Under the pieces are notes generated by a model, which was given only the letters and a program-made list of their open reading frames with translations, was not told the origin of the DNA and searched no databases. Positions 38,091 to 47,541 of a stretch of DNA of 58,751 nt are shown here, in pieces. This stretch comes from a virus (lineage: Duplodnaviria > Caudoviricetes), in IMG/VR virus record IMGVR_UViG_3300036851_000283, positions 1 through 58,751 of that record, one strand, 5' to 3'. Positions within the stretch are counted from its first letter, which is position 1; each line of letters starts with the position of its first letter. Position numbers and translations under genes: made by a program.

Positions 38091-38461
38091 TTCACAATCT
38101 CCAAAAATTCATCCATCGTCCGGCATAAATGTATTTTGTGCCCCAATTTTTCCGCCCACATTTGCAGGCCAAGCTGCTCGCTGGACAGCTTTCCGGTTTT
38201 GGTTTTGCACTCGATGAAAAACACGCGGCCCCGGTCGGCCAAAATTTGAAAATCGCACTCACCACGAGTTCTCATTGCCCGGTGCGCCATTGACCCGTGA
38301 AAATAAATCCAGCCCTTCGATTTGCAAAAGGCGATGATGTCGTTGTGAAGATCAGACTCCTTGGAAACGCCCTTCGTCTCCCCCAAATTTTCACAAATCG
38401 TTTTGCGGCTGCGGTCACACCGCGCCTGCATCGCTAGATAATCGGAATGGGAAAAGCTCAT
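38087..38461 (-). CDS. VRR-NUC domain nuclease
   Basis: ESDLH..I, G..DF, FIECKTKTGKLSSEQ. Confidence 0.85.
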   Translation of the reverse strand: MSFSHSDYLAMQARCDRSRKTICENLGETKGVSKESDLHNDIIAFCKSKGWIYFHGSMAHRAMRTRGECDFQILADRGRVFFIECKTKTGKLSSEQLGLQMWAEKLGHKIHLCRTMDEFLEIVK

Positions 38462-38466
38462 TCGTC

Positions 38467-38646
38467 TCACTCCCAATGAATCGCGGCGTGCCTTGCCACT
38501 TCTAAAATAACATCCAGCTTAGGCTCACACTTGAGAATTTCACTCAGGTCTTTGACGAGCGCATCAATGGCATCATTTTGGATTTCCTTAACGAAATCGG
38601 CCATCGTATTAAAACCACCCGCCCTCCAATCTTCTGCACATTTCAT
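38467..38646 (-). CDS. 59-aa protein (MKCAEDW...VKEIQNDA), possible paralog of 10994
   Basis: Read by hand; ATGA overlap. Confidence 0.55.
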   Translation of the reverse strand: MKCAEDWRAGGFNTMADFVKEIQNDAIDALVKDLSEILKCEPKLDVILEVARHAAIHWE

Positions 38647-38864
38647 AAAAAACTTTCCAGCACCGATCCAGCCGCGTCACAGTGAAAGTGCTGGCAGGTC
38701 GAGCCATCCGCCTTCGCCTCAATCCTGATCCGATGCTGGCCATTGGCAAACGATACGACAGTGCCGGATGCGCCGCTCCACAAATGAGGACGGAGGATGC
38801 GGCAGGTTTCCCCGTCCGAAAACTTGCGCGGTTCGAGATTTTTGGTTTCGGGCTGGCGTTTCAC
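38643..38864 (-). CDS. KOW/SH3-like small protein
   Basis: FSDGETCRI...GASGTVV; GTG start just after palindrome 38882. Confidence 0.55.
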   Translation of the reverse strand: MKRQPETKNLEPRKFSDGETCRILRPHLWSGASGTVVSFANGQHRIRIEAKADGSTCQHFHCDAAGSVLESFL

Positions 38865-38881
38865 AACGGCATTCAAATCTA

Positions 38882-38899
38882 TTGACAAGGATTTGTCAA
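38882..38899. promoter_or_regulatory. Palindrome TTGACA-aggatt-TGTCAA between divergent genes
   Basis: Perfect; candidate bidirectional promoter. Confidence 0.75.
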
Positions 38900-38934
38900 C
38901 TGATAGTGTATTTTCATTCGGCAATGGATTTATT

Positions 38935-39808
38935 ATGAAGCAACGGGAATGGAAATCAGACGCTTGGTTTTTGTGCCATAAGCACTACTATCCCGGCAGT
39001 GTTCCGGTCGTCATCAAGGGTATGGAACACGGCTATCAACTCGGCTTGAAAGACGCGACGGAGGAATTTCGCAAGGCGATTGATGCCGAGGCCGACCGGA
39101 AACGGTTAATCAATCAACAGAGATGATTTATGACCCGCGACGAACTGATCGAAGAATTGAAGAAGTATCCAACCAACGCGGAGGTTCGATTCCGCATATC
39201 TTACAAAGACGAAGATGGTGATCCTCAAGTTGAGGATGCCAAATTCCCAAGGTTTATTTTCGACGCATGTCCGACCATTGAGTTGGAGCTTTGTATCTTT
39301 TAATGAAAAAATATACCAATTGCAACCAAATCATCGCCGACATTGACCGCGCCCACGCCAAGATCGCCAAGGCCAAGCTCGTCGCGCAGGAGCATATTGA
39401 CGCTGAATCATTTCTGACTGGCACGACCGACCTTTCGGGATTGAGCCTGCATCGCGAGGCGGCGGACAAACAATTTCGGAAGATCGAACGGCTGCAAAAT
39501 GTGCGGCTGAAAAAGCTGGGCGAGAAACTGGCGGAGATGAATACGATGTCGTTGGAGAATGTATGAGCGACGAGATTCAAGTCCACATAGACAAGTCGCC
39601 CGGACTGACGATGAAAGGAGTAAAGTTTGAGCATGTGGTGAACCCCAACAGTCGCAGCGGCAAATACTGGATAGCCAAGGCCAATATCGGGACAATTTTC
39701 GGAAGCGAAGTCGAAGGCGAACTTAAAGGAATCGGAACCACAAAAGAAAAGGCGCTCGAAAGACTCCATCAGGAACAGAAGGAACTTTACGAAAGTTTGT
39801 GGTACTAA
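38935..39808 (+). other. Island of four small plus-strand ORFs (38935-39126, 39130-39303, 39303-39566, 39563-39808)
   Basis: Tightly coupled ORFs in opposite orientation to both flanks, downstream of the palindromic promoter. Confidence 0.6.
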
Positions 39809-40056
39809 ACCGTCACAAACCTCGCCGGAGCCGACCCCAGAACCTTTCGCAATACGCCCCGATCCACCAGCCGCTTGATGTGGTGATGGGCCAGGGAGAG
39901 TTCCAGTTCCGACTTGTCCGAAAGCTGGGAGGCTGTGATGAACGGTTCGGACTCCAAATGCTTCGAGATCATTGCGTAGGTTTTCTTCAAAGCTTTGGGC
40001 AGCACGCCGTCGCCCGTCCCGTTACAGCAATTGCATTTGATTTTTGGCTGACTCAT
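39805..40056 (-). CDS. Zn-knuckle plus winged-helix regulator
   Basis: KCNCCNGTG; ITASQLS...LSLAHHHIKRLVDRGVLRK. Confidence 0.75.
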   Translation of the reverse strand: MSQPKIKCNCCNGTGDGVLPKALKKTYAMISKHLESEPFITASQLSDKSELELSLAHHHIKRLVDRGVLRKVLGSAPARFVTV

Positions 40057-40076
40057 TTTGTGGAAAGCTTGAACGA

Positions 40077-40094
40077 TTGATAGTCGCGTGTCAA
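40077..40094 (-). promoter_or_regulatory. Palindrome (minus strand TTGACA-cgcgac-TATCAA) upstream of the winged-helix gene
   Basis: One mismatch. Confidence 0.7.
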
Positions 40095-40105
40095 GGAGGG
40101 AGTGT

Positions 40106-40639
40106 TCACAGCCATTCAATTCTGGGACTCCCGCAGAATCCTCGCTCCCAGACAATCCAGCAGTACTCTAAAATACCATTGTCTTTTCCGGGTGTGTTTC
40201 CACGATCAAAGCTCAATCGTTTAGAGTAAACGTAAACCGTTTTAGGTGGATGAAGCTCAAAAAATAATTTTCGCTTCTGACCGGCAAGAAAGTTGAGCTT
40301 CAAAAGCAAAGCAACCTTTCCGGCAGCGCAATCAAAAGCGTGCTCAGCGAACCTCTGAGCTAAAACATAGGGAGGATTCGTAACAATGTGGTCAACCTTC
40401 TTAACCGTATTAAGGAAATCAACCCCGGCCTCCCCAAATCCCCTATCATAAAGGTCGGTTGAAATGGATGCTTCTGGAAGAAGCTTACTAATCGCACCAT
40501 CGCCGCACGCTGGCTCCCAAACAACCCCATTGAATTGTTCGCGAGCCAAAAAAGCAATCGTAGCCCATTTTGGAGTCTTGTAAAAATCTCCATCCTCACG
40601 CTTCTTGTCGGACGATCCTCCCAAATTCTGAGCAGTCAT
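40106..40639 (-). CDS. DNA adenine methyltransferase-like protein (NPPY)
   Basis: DFYKTP, WEPACGDGAI and IVTNPPY motifs. Confidence 0.85.
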   Translation of the reverse strand: MTAQNLGGSSDKKREDGDFYKTPKWATIAFLAREQFNGVVWEPACGDGAISKLLPEASISTDLYDRGFGEAGVDFLNTVKKVDHIVTNPPYVLAQRFAEHAFDCAAGKVALLLKLNFLAGQKRKLFFELHPPKTVYVYSKRLSFDRGNTPGKDNGILEYCWIVWERGFCGSPRIEWL

Positions 40640-40848
40640 TCCACCTTCCCATCCAGCCATTTTCGGTAATACTCGGTCATCCCCGCATAAGACTCCTCGA
40701 CGGTTCGGCCCGGAACGCCGTCACCAAGTTCGGCGGGCTGGCACGGACCAAAGCCGCAATAGACGTAAACGACAGGCCGATCCCCCAGCATTGTTTTCGC
40801 GCAGGCCAAAGGACGATGGCAGGCGGGACATTTTAGGATGGAACTCAT
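40636..40848 (-). CDS. Small Zn-binding protein
   Basis: CPAC...C...C. Confidence 0.55.
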   Translation of the reverse strand: MSSILKCPACHRPLACAKTMLGDRPVVYVYCGFGPCQPAELGDGVPGRTVEESYAGMTEYYRKWLDGKVE

Positions 40849-41066
40849 TTCCAAGTTTCTCCGATCTCGATTAACGCATCAATTCGGCTGGCATGGGGAA
40901 GGTGCTTTCTGCCATGCTTGAAGCAAAGAGCCATCCAGCCGCCGCCCATGGCTGGATAGGCAATATCAGCGGCGGCATCGCAGAACTGAACACTATCGCC
41001 AAACTTAGACAGCATGAATTCACAGGTCGGACTTATCGGGGCAGTTTTCCAAACCGTTTTTTTCAT
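40845..41066 (-). CDS. Small Cys/His protein
   Basis: ATGA coupling; CxxH. Confidence 0.55.
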   Translation of the reverse strand: MKKTVWKTAPISPTCEFMLSKFGDSVQFCDAAADIAYPAMGGGWMALCFKHGRKHLPHASRIDALIEIGETWK

Positions 41067-41139
41067 AAATAAAATGACCGCGACGACAAAGCCGCCATTG
41101 GTCACGTTTTTATCGTGCCAGCCTTGCAGCCGCGAATCA

Positions 41140-41157
41140 TTGACACCACTCTATCAA
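41140..41157. promoter_or_regulatory. Palindrome TTGACA-ccactc-TATCAA
   Basis: One mismatch; contains the terminase TGA stop on the minus strand. Confidence 0.65.
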
Positions 41158-43040
41158 ACTTCCGCAAGCTGTCGAGATTTTCTTTGCGCCTCCAGCTTCT
41201 CCGCCTCCTTGGCGAACCAGTCGGAGGAGGATTTGGAGGGGAGGTTGGGCGCGGCGATCTTATCAATCTGGAATCCGCGCCTGCGAGCGCCCTCCACTCC
41301 AACAACGAACATATCCGCAAGGTCGGGACTGACTCCGGTTCGCTCCCGAAGCTCATCTTTTGGCTCAACCTGCTTCTTGTCTCCACGAACTTTTCGCCAT
41401 TCTCGCGGCTGCGCGTCCAATACAATCTCCATGGTCAGGCCGCGCATCTGGTCGGACTCAATAACGTAGTGGGCGGACATCCATAGCTCCGTTACGAAGT
41501 TCAGAAATGCCTCTTTAGAAGTTTGGAGCCTTCTCAGATTGGTAATCTTGTCCACGACAAATAAATCAGGGCCAGCCGGTCTTTCGGTCGGGCTTCCGCC
41601 AAATTCCAAACTGTTCACCTTGTCGCTCCAAATCCGGGCCAGACTGATTGCCAGAGTGCCGCGACCGTCGAAGAAAAAGTTTTCGGGCGGAACTCCTGCC
41701 GACTCCATCTTTTGCTTGCAGAAAAAGGCAATTTGATCTTCGGGCAACAAGTCTTTTCGGATGGTGACTGGTATCAGCCACATCTCCCGGAATTTTAGGC
41801 GGGTTTTTCCATCTGTGCATTTACCAAACTCAAACCAACCGACCGGACATCGGTCAGAACCAGCGCCACCATACGAGGCGTCCAATGCACCAATACTGAT
41901 TGTGTCGCCTTCCCACTGAACGTCGTCGAAGGCGTGATAAATGTCGCAAAGCTCCTTGGTGATGATCTTGAAAGCGTCCAAGCCGAACTTGAAAACGCCG
42001 CGACCGTTAGACCAGTAGGATTCAGAGCCGGGAGTGTACTTCGCGAGCTTATGTGGGCCTGCCAGTTGCGACCAACGGGGGCGGTCAACCGGGAAGGCGC
42101 TGTTTGGACTGTCCAAACCGTCTAGGTTTACGCATACGCATTGAACCGGATGCTTGGGATGCTTTTTACACTTCCAAACCTGAGTCTTTCCAGATTCAAC
42201 CGTGGCCTCCGGGATCGAACCCCATCCGTTTTCAGGCTCAGACACAATATCCAGCGGGTTATCTCGAACCGAGGGGTTGGTATTCCCAATAAAGCAGCAG
42301 CGATAAAATCGCCGAGACTTTCCGCGCTCAATCGGATCGGGATGATCTTTAGGATAGACTCCACCCATTATGCCTGAGCCGTCTCCATTGTTACTAATGA
42401 GATTGTCCTGAGCCTCAAGAATCGAAAGATGCATGAATTGGAACTCGTCGCCGATACACCAGACGCGACGATTCTTGCGCCCGGAGTACGCGCCCATGCC
42501 GACAAAAACACCGGAGGAAGTTTTACAGGCGATGCCCAAAATTGAGTTCCGAATATCACGCGCCTTTTCCTCATCAACGTCGGTGAAAGTGATGACAGTT
42601 TTGCTGTCAATCGGATGTCCTGGAAACCACTCGTATCTTTCCGATGCGCGCTTCCACATCATCGTAGTTTCGCCGTAAATACGGTTCTTCAAACCATCGA
42701 GCGTGGTTGAACTCATCATCACCGAAGTATCTTCCGGCCAGCACGACCAATCCATGAGAGCGATTCTAGCGACCGTGCCAGACTTCCAAGCCGAGGCGGG
42801 ACCAACGAGAGACGTGAAGGTGTTTTTGATGACGTTTTCAAGAATCAAGTCAGTCCACCACGTCTGCGAATCCTCCGGCCAGAGTAGCGCCCAATAATTT
42901 TTGAAGTGCTGGTGAAGCCCGAGGCCGCGCACTTTTCCGTCTTTTGATGGGAAGTAACCTCCGTAGCGAATCATCTCCCTTTCTATTTGCGCGTCATCAA
43001 GATCATCTGGCCATTTGATTTCGTAGCGGAGTGTCGGCAT
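41154..43040 (-). CDS. terL: Terminase large subunit
   Basis: Walker A GPASAWKS, Walker B CIGDE, GN coupling motif, nuclease LDASYGG..DRC and SPDLAD. Confidence 0.9.
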   Translation of the reverse strand: MPTLRYEIKWPDDLDDAQIEREMIRYGGYFPSKDGKVRGLGLHQHFKNYWALLWPEDSQTWWTDLILENVIKNTFTSLVGPASAWKSGTVARIALMDWSCWPEDTSVMMSSTTLDGLKNRIYGETTMMWKRASERYEWFPGHPIDSKTVITFTDVDEEKARDIRNSILGIACKTSSGVFVGMGAYSGRKNRRVWCIGDEFQFMHLSILEAQDNLISNNGDGSGIMGGVYPKDHPDPIERGKSRRFYRCCFIGNTNPSVRDNPLDIVSEPENGWGSIPEATVESGKTQVWKCKKHPKHPVQCVCVNLDGLDSPNSAFPVDRPRWSQLAGPHKLAKYTPGSESYWSNGRGVFKFGLDAFKIITKELCDIYHAFDDVQWEGDTISIGALDASYGGAGSDRCPVGWFEFGKCTDGKTRLKFREMWLIPVTIRKDLLPEDQIAFFCKQKMESAGVPPENFFFDGRGTLAISLARIWSDKVNSLEFGGSPTERPAGPDLFVVDKITNLRRLQTSKEAFLNFVTELWMSAHYVIESDQMRGLTMEIVLDAQPREWRKVRGDKKQVEPKDELRERTGVSPDLADMFVVGVEGARRRGFQIDKIAAPNLPSKSSSDWFAKEAEKLEAQRKSRQLAEV

Positions 43041-43102
43041 TCCCCAAGACCCTATCAGAAATGCCTTGTGCGTTCAAGGCTTTGGGGTTAAATACGGCTT
43101 AC

Positions 43103-43993
43103 ATGAGTGCTGCGTCTGGAGATTGTTGCGCGTGCGAAACACCCGTCGTTACCGAAATTCCTGGCAGTCCTGGAACGGACGGGGCTGCTGGGGCCGCTGG
43201 CGTAGACGGCCTCTCAGTTTTCACCCTCTCCACCGCTGACGCCACTTTCGCCGACGCAGTAGCCACCGTTCAAGTCTCCGTCACCAGCAACGCCATGTTT
43301 GTCATCGGCCAGACCATCTTTGGCGCCGATCCCACTGGCGGAACGGATCACGGCACCTTCGAGTTAATCAACAAGACCGGAACGACCGCTATCGGTCTGC
43401 GTTACACCGCCGCTCCGGGCGACACTGCCGCGCCGTTCACGATTGGGTCAGGCGGTCAGTTTACTTCGGTGGGGGCAACCGGGGCACTGTCGGCGGCTCT
43501 ACCCAACGCCCTCACTGACAATTCAACCGGCACCGCCAGCGACACGATTGCCGCTGGCGTTGGAGTCACGACACTGATGTTTCACATCAACCTTGTCGCG
43601 CTCACTGCTGCCGCCGCAAATCTGATGTCCAGTTACGTTCCCGGCTACGCCTTCAAAATTCTACAAGTTGATTACGTAACGACCACGCTGGGGGTTGGCG
43701 CGGGAGCTACGATGAGTTTGAATCTCGAAATCGCTGGCACAAATGTTACTGGAGGCGTGGTCAATCCAACTGAGGCAAACACGACACCGCTCGGAAATCT
43801 GGTGGCGGGCACGGCAGTCACGGCGGCGAATGTCGGCACGGCGGCGCAGGCGCTTGAAATCGAAGTCGCGGCTGGTGGAACAATTTTCACAGCGGGACAG
43901 GGGACATTGCTGGTGAAGATTCAAAACATGGACAGCGCGTCAGCAATCGCCTCTCTCGCGGATCACATCAACGACCTCATCACCGCTTTGTAA
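43103..43993 (+). CDS. Virion fibre/decoration protein with short collagen-like segment
   Basis: CCAC start; GSPGTDGAAGAAGVDG; Thr/Ala/Gly-rich. Confidence 0.65.
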   Translation: MSAASGDCCACETPVVTEIPGSPGTDGAAGAAGVDGLSVFTLSTADATFADAVATVQVSVTSNAMFVIGQTIFGADPTGGTDHGTFELINKTGTTAIGLRYTAAPGDTAAPFTIGSGGQFTSVGATGALSAALPNALTDNSTGTASDTIAAGVGVTTLMFHINLVALTAAAANLMSSYVPGYAFKILQVDYVTTTLGVGAGATMSLNLEIAGTNVTGGVVNPTEANTTPLGNLVAGTAVTAANVGTAAQALEIEVAAGGTIFTAGQGTLLVKIQNMDSASAIASLADHINDLITAL

Positions 43994-43995
43994 AT

Positions 43996-46554
43996 GTGGC
44001 CGACACCGCTCCATTTAGGCCCCTGCAAGTTTATGACTCACTGAGCATCCTTCCTGACGGTATGTCGTCGGCGGTGAGTCCCTTGTTACTCGAAAAAACC
44101 CAAGCCGCCTATCTTTCCAACACGACCGTCCGCGATGGCTTCGCGACCTGCCGCCCGCCGTTCACCAAAAACCTGACGATCAACTATCCCTCGCCTGCGG
44201 TGCAGACGGCGATTGAAGAAGGACTTTATCAGGGCGCAACTTATTACAAGCCTGACGCGGGACCGGAGTCGTTGATCGCGCAAATCGGCGGCTTTCTCTA
44301 CCAGTTTACGGTGGTTGGTGATGTCGTTACCGTTCGCGATATCAGCGTTCCCGGCGATCCCAATCCGGCGACGGCGACTCAGGCATGGCTTTGGCAGGCC
44401 GAGAATTTTGTCATCGTTCAAGACGGCATCAGTCTGCCGATTTTCTTCGATGGGGCGACGAGTCGCAGAAGCTATGGACCAACTCAGGTTCTTGGGGCGA
44501 CAGTTGGCGGTGAAACCATCCCTCCATTCGGACAGTCCATACCAGTAGCGGTCACTTCTTACACCGGCCCATTCAACGTGCCGGTTTTAATCGGTGGATT
44601 TTACTGGCAGCCAATTGAGAACTCGGCTGGTTATCTGGTCAATGCGGAAAGCCTTTACGACGTTTCTGGAACGGCCATCCCAGTTGATGCCGAAGTCACG
44701 GCCAAGCCATCAATCGCGTTTGTGTTGTCATCCCCCATGAATTTAGTGGGGCCGTTTCAGTACTCGACGACGATCATCACGATTAACATCACCGCGCCGT
44801 CAACTGTGGCGATCAACTCCAAGATAATTTTGTTCAACCGGATTTGGAACATCAATTCGGCGGCGGGAAACACCGTGACGATTCGTCCGATCAAAAATCA
44901 GGCGGCGGGGACCTACTCGCCACTTCCGGCTGGCTATCAAGTTCAGGTTTCTGGCAGCACGGCGCCAAATGTGGTTTACGGACTCGTTACCGTTGCGGCG
45001 GTAGCTCCGGCAATCGGCGGCATGATTCAATTACGGCTCAACAATGTTTATGCGGGAACGCCGGGGCAGATAGTTTACATCGGCACATCAGGGCAGTATC
45101 GGATTACCGCCGTTCCGCCACCACCGCCGGGCGTCGGAACAATTGAGATGATTAACATCAACGCGCCGAATGGTAGTACAGTTCCCGAAACAGTTCCAGC
45201 GGCAGACATCATCTCTGTTCCCGAACTCCCTGCCGGTCGCATGGGCGTTTACGGTCATAGCCAAAACTGGGTGGCTTTGGTTGACGGCTTGAGCTTCATC
45301 CCTAGCGATATTTCAGGCAGTGCATCGGGAACTCCCGCCTATCAATATCGAGATGCCGTTCTCAAGACAACCAACATCACCTTCGGCAGTGGAAACTTCC
45401 GCATTCCTTCGGCTGGGGATTTCATCACAGCCATGTTTTTCACAACCACACTGGATGAGAGCATGGGGCAAGGGCCGCTGATGATTGGGACCGAGCGATA
45501 TATTTTCAGCGTCACCGCTCCGATTGACCCGTCGAATTTGGCGGCGATAATCGCCAAAGGAAGCCCGATCCTCACCTACGCCCTGATCGGTCGCGGCCCG
45601 CTCGCGCAAAACTCAACCATCAGCGTCAACAGCGATGTTCAATTCCGCTCCACGGTCGGACTGGGTTCTCTCATCATCGCCCGTCAGCAATTCACGTCGT
45701 CGTTGAACGGCAACACTCCAATCTCCGAGGAAATGGTTCGCGTTCTCAACAAGGACGACAAGCAACTGCTGCCCTACAGCAGCGCCATCAATTTCGACAA
45801 CCGGGTTATTTTCACGGCGTCACCTCAAGCATCCTCGCAAGGCGTGTTTCACACGAGCCTGGTTGTAATGAATCTCGACGGCTTGAGCAGCCTGCGTGGG
45901 AAAGAGCCAGCCTGCTACGACGGTCAATGGACGGGGTTAAACGTATTACAATTAACTACCGGCATGTTCAATGGCACGAGCCGGGCATTTGCCTTCACCT
46001 TCAATGTTTCGCTGTCGAAAATCGAACTTTACGAGTTGCTGCCATCCGATGCTCAAATTCTCGACGAGAACGACCAGCCGACGCTGGCAAATTTTTACGA
46101 CAACGGCAGCGTTCCGATTACGTGGTCAATTGAAACGGCCTCGCTGTTCAACGAGGATGTGAAGCCCAAGGATGTGCTGGTCCAACTTAACGGCGGCGAG
46201 TTCGCAGTTGATGAATTGGTGGGCACAGTGCGGTTTGAAATTTTTTACAAGCCCGACCAATACGGGGCTTACGGGGCGCAATCGTGCTGGGTGCCGTGGC
46301 ATCGGTTTTCTCTGTGCGCGGCGGCGGGGTCGAAGCCGTTGTATTTTCCGAGACTGGGATTGCCTGAGCCAGACAGCCTGACGTGCGTTGGCGCGATTGA
46401 TACTCCGGCGAGGAATGGCTACAGCTTTCAGGTGCGTTTCGTGATTACAGGGCGTTGCCGCCTGTTGCGCCTGCGCGTTGGCGCGGTGACTCAGCCGACA
46501 CCGAAATTCGAGAAGCCGACTTGCGACGTGATTGAGACGGTGGTGATTGGTTAA
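43996..46554 (+). CDS. Tail nozzle/hub protein (podovirus)
   Basis: 852 aa beta-rich; PISEEM..VL, WTG, IETA and C-terminal FQVRFVITG motifs like nozzle proteins. Confidence 0.65.
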   Translation: MADTAPFRPLQVYDSLSILPDGMSSAVSPLLLEKTQAAYLSNTTVRDGFATCRPPFTKNLTINYPSPAVQTAIEEGLYQGATYYKPDAGPESLIAQIGGFLYQFTVVGDVVTVRDISVPGDPNPATATQAWLWQAENFVIVQDGISLPIFFDGATSRRSYGPTQVLGATVGGETIPPFGQSIPVAVTSYTGPFNVPVLIGGFYWQPIENSAGYLVNAESLYDVSGTAIPVDAEVTAKPSIAFVLSSPMNLVGPFQYSTTIITINITAPSTVAINSKIILFNRIWNINSAAGNTVTIRPIKNQAAGTYSPLPAGYQVQVSGSTAPNVVYGLVTVAAVAPAIGGMIQLRLNNVYAGTPGQIVYIGTSGQYRITAVPPPPPGVGTIEMININAPNGSTVPETVPAADIISVPELPAGRMGVYGHSQNWVALVDGLSFIPSDISGSASGTPAYQYRDAVLKTTNITFGSGNFRIPSAGDFITAMFFTTTLDESMGQGPLMIGTERYIFSVTAPIDPSNLAAIIAKGSPILTYALIGRGPLAQNSTISVNSDVQFRSTVGLGSLIIARQQFTSSLNGNTPISEEMVRVLNKDDKQLLPYSSAINFDNRVIFTASPQASSQGVFHTSLVVMNLDGLSSLRGKEPACYDGQWTGLNVLQLTTGMFNGTSRAFAFTFNVSLSKIELYELLPSDAQILDENDQPTLANFYDNGSVPITWSIETASLFNEDVKPKDVLVQLNGGEFAVDELVGTVRFEIFYKPDQYGAYGAQSCWVPWHRFSLCAAAGSKPLYFPRLGLPEPDSLTCVGAIDTPARNGYSFQVRFVITGRCRLLRLRVGAVTQPTPKFEKPTCDVIETVVIG

Positions 46555-46631
46555 ATCACCCCCGGCAGATGCTCGGTGAGTCTAACTGGAGAAATCTCCA
46601 CGCTCTTAACCTCGCAGACGCTCCGGGGGCT

Positions 46632-46796
46632 TCAATCTTTAAGCTCTCCAAGCCTTTGATGTTTCCAGATAATCGGAAAACACGGCAACAAGCAAAGGTA
46701 AAAAGTAGTGATGACCGAAAACGACGGATACATTTGCTGTTCGCGTTTCCAATAAAGACCAAACCATAAATCTTGCGGGACAAATTTGATTTTCAT
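46632..46796 (-). CDS. 54-aa protein (DLW.G.YW...YLC.LP.FPI family)
   Basis: Read by hand; ATGA overlap with the exonuclease. Confidence 0.6.
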   Translation of the reverse strand: MKIKFVPQDLWFGLYWKREQQMYPSFSVITTFYLCLLPCFPIIWKHQRLGELKD

Positions 46797-47458
46797 GCAG
46801 TTTTGGACGCAGGCGGTCCTCCAGCCTCACAGCAACTTTGCTCTCTCTCCCGAATATAACGCAAAGCAGTTTCATGGCGAGTTTCGTTTGGATGAACGCT
46901 TTGAACAGCATAAAGAAGTTCCATGTAATCGGAGTCTCGATTATCGTTCAGCGTCTCAATCAGGACTCTCGCCGATTGGCGGGCGTCGGCCAGTGGATTG
47001 TGTTCTGGAAGCTCTGAATCCAACCTTGGGAATTTTTGCAGCGGGTCTTTCCCGTGAGCCATCAGCACGGAGCCAACGTCAATCAGTGGGTATGGTCCGC
47101 TCCATTCTCTCTCGTCTGGAGATTCATCAACGCACTGAATCAAGAATCTTGCTTCCACCGGCCAAGCGCAGTCGGCCACCAACAGCGCACCACGATCTTT
47201 CCAGCAAATCCACTGCGCCCAAAACGCCTCGCGCATGTCCTTTGGGCACGAGTGAGTGACCTCCAACTTTGGAATGTTTTTTTCGCACCACGCAAGCGAG
47301 GCCGGAGTTCCGAAGGTTTCGTTTCGCTCGCAAGCCATTAAGCCGTGCTGGACTTCAACGCCATAGCCGTTTACGACCACGAATCCAACGGCGAAATCAA
47401 GTCCTTGAAGCCCGACGCTCTCAACGTCGAAAACCATGTATAGCTGTTCTTTATTCAT
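46793..47458 (-). CDS. DEDDh 3'-5' exonuclease
   Basis: VFDVESVGL and HNPLADAR motifs. Confidence 0.85.
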   Translation of the reverse strand: MNKEQLYMVFDVESVGLQGLDFAVGFVVVNGYGVEVQHGLMACERNETFGTPASLAWCEKNIPKLEVTHSCPKDMREAFWAQWICWKDRGALLVADCAWPVEARFLIQCVDESPDEREWSGPYPLIDVGSVLMAHGKDPLQKFPRLDSELPEHNPLADARQSARVLIETLNDNRDSDYMELLYAVQSVHPNETRHETALRYIREREQSCCEAGGPPASKTA

Positions 47459-47476
47459 GGCGATGAGTCTTTACCA

Positions 47477-47494
47477 TTGACACAATCCTGTCAA
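47477..47494. promoter_or_regulatory. Palindrome TTGACA-caatcc-TGTCAA upstream of the antisense exonuclease island
   Basis: Perfect; minus strand continues ...AAGACTcatcgccATG, similar to the 12927 site. Confidence 0.75.
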
Positions 47495-47541
47495 TCCCAA
47501 TCCACATTGACTAAACCGGCATAAAGTGGGAAAGTCCGCCA

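Noticed and set aside
39175-39200. tRNA T-arm-like GGTTCGATTCC
   Set aside because: No cloverleaf around it; it lies inside the 39130-39303 ORF.
23300-41100. Integrase or lysogeny module
   Set aside because: No tyrosine or serine recombinase and no ParA recognised; lifestyle remains undetermined.
34117-43040. Inteins or introns in DnaB or terminase
   Set aside because: Both proteins are of normal length with contiguous motifs and no intein splice-junction signatures.
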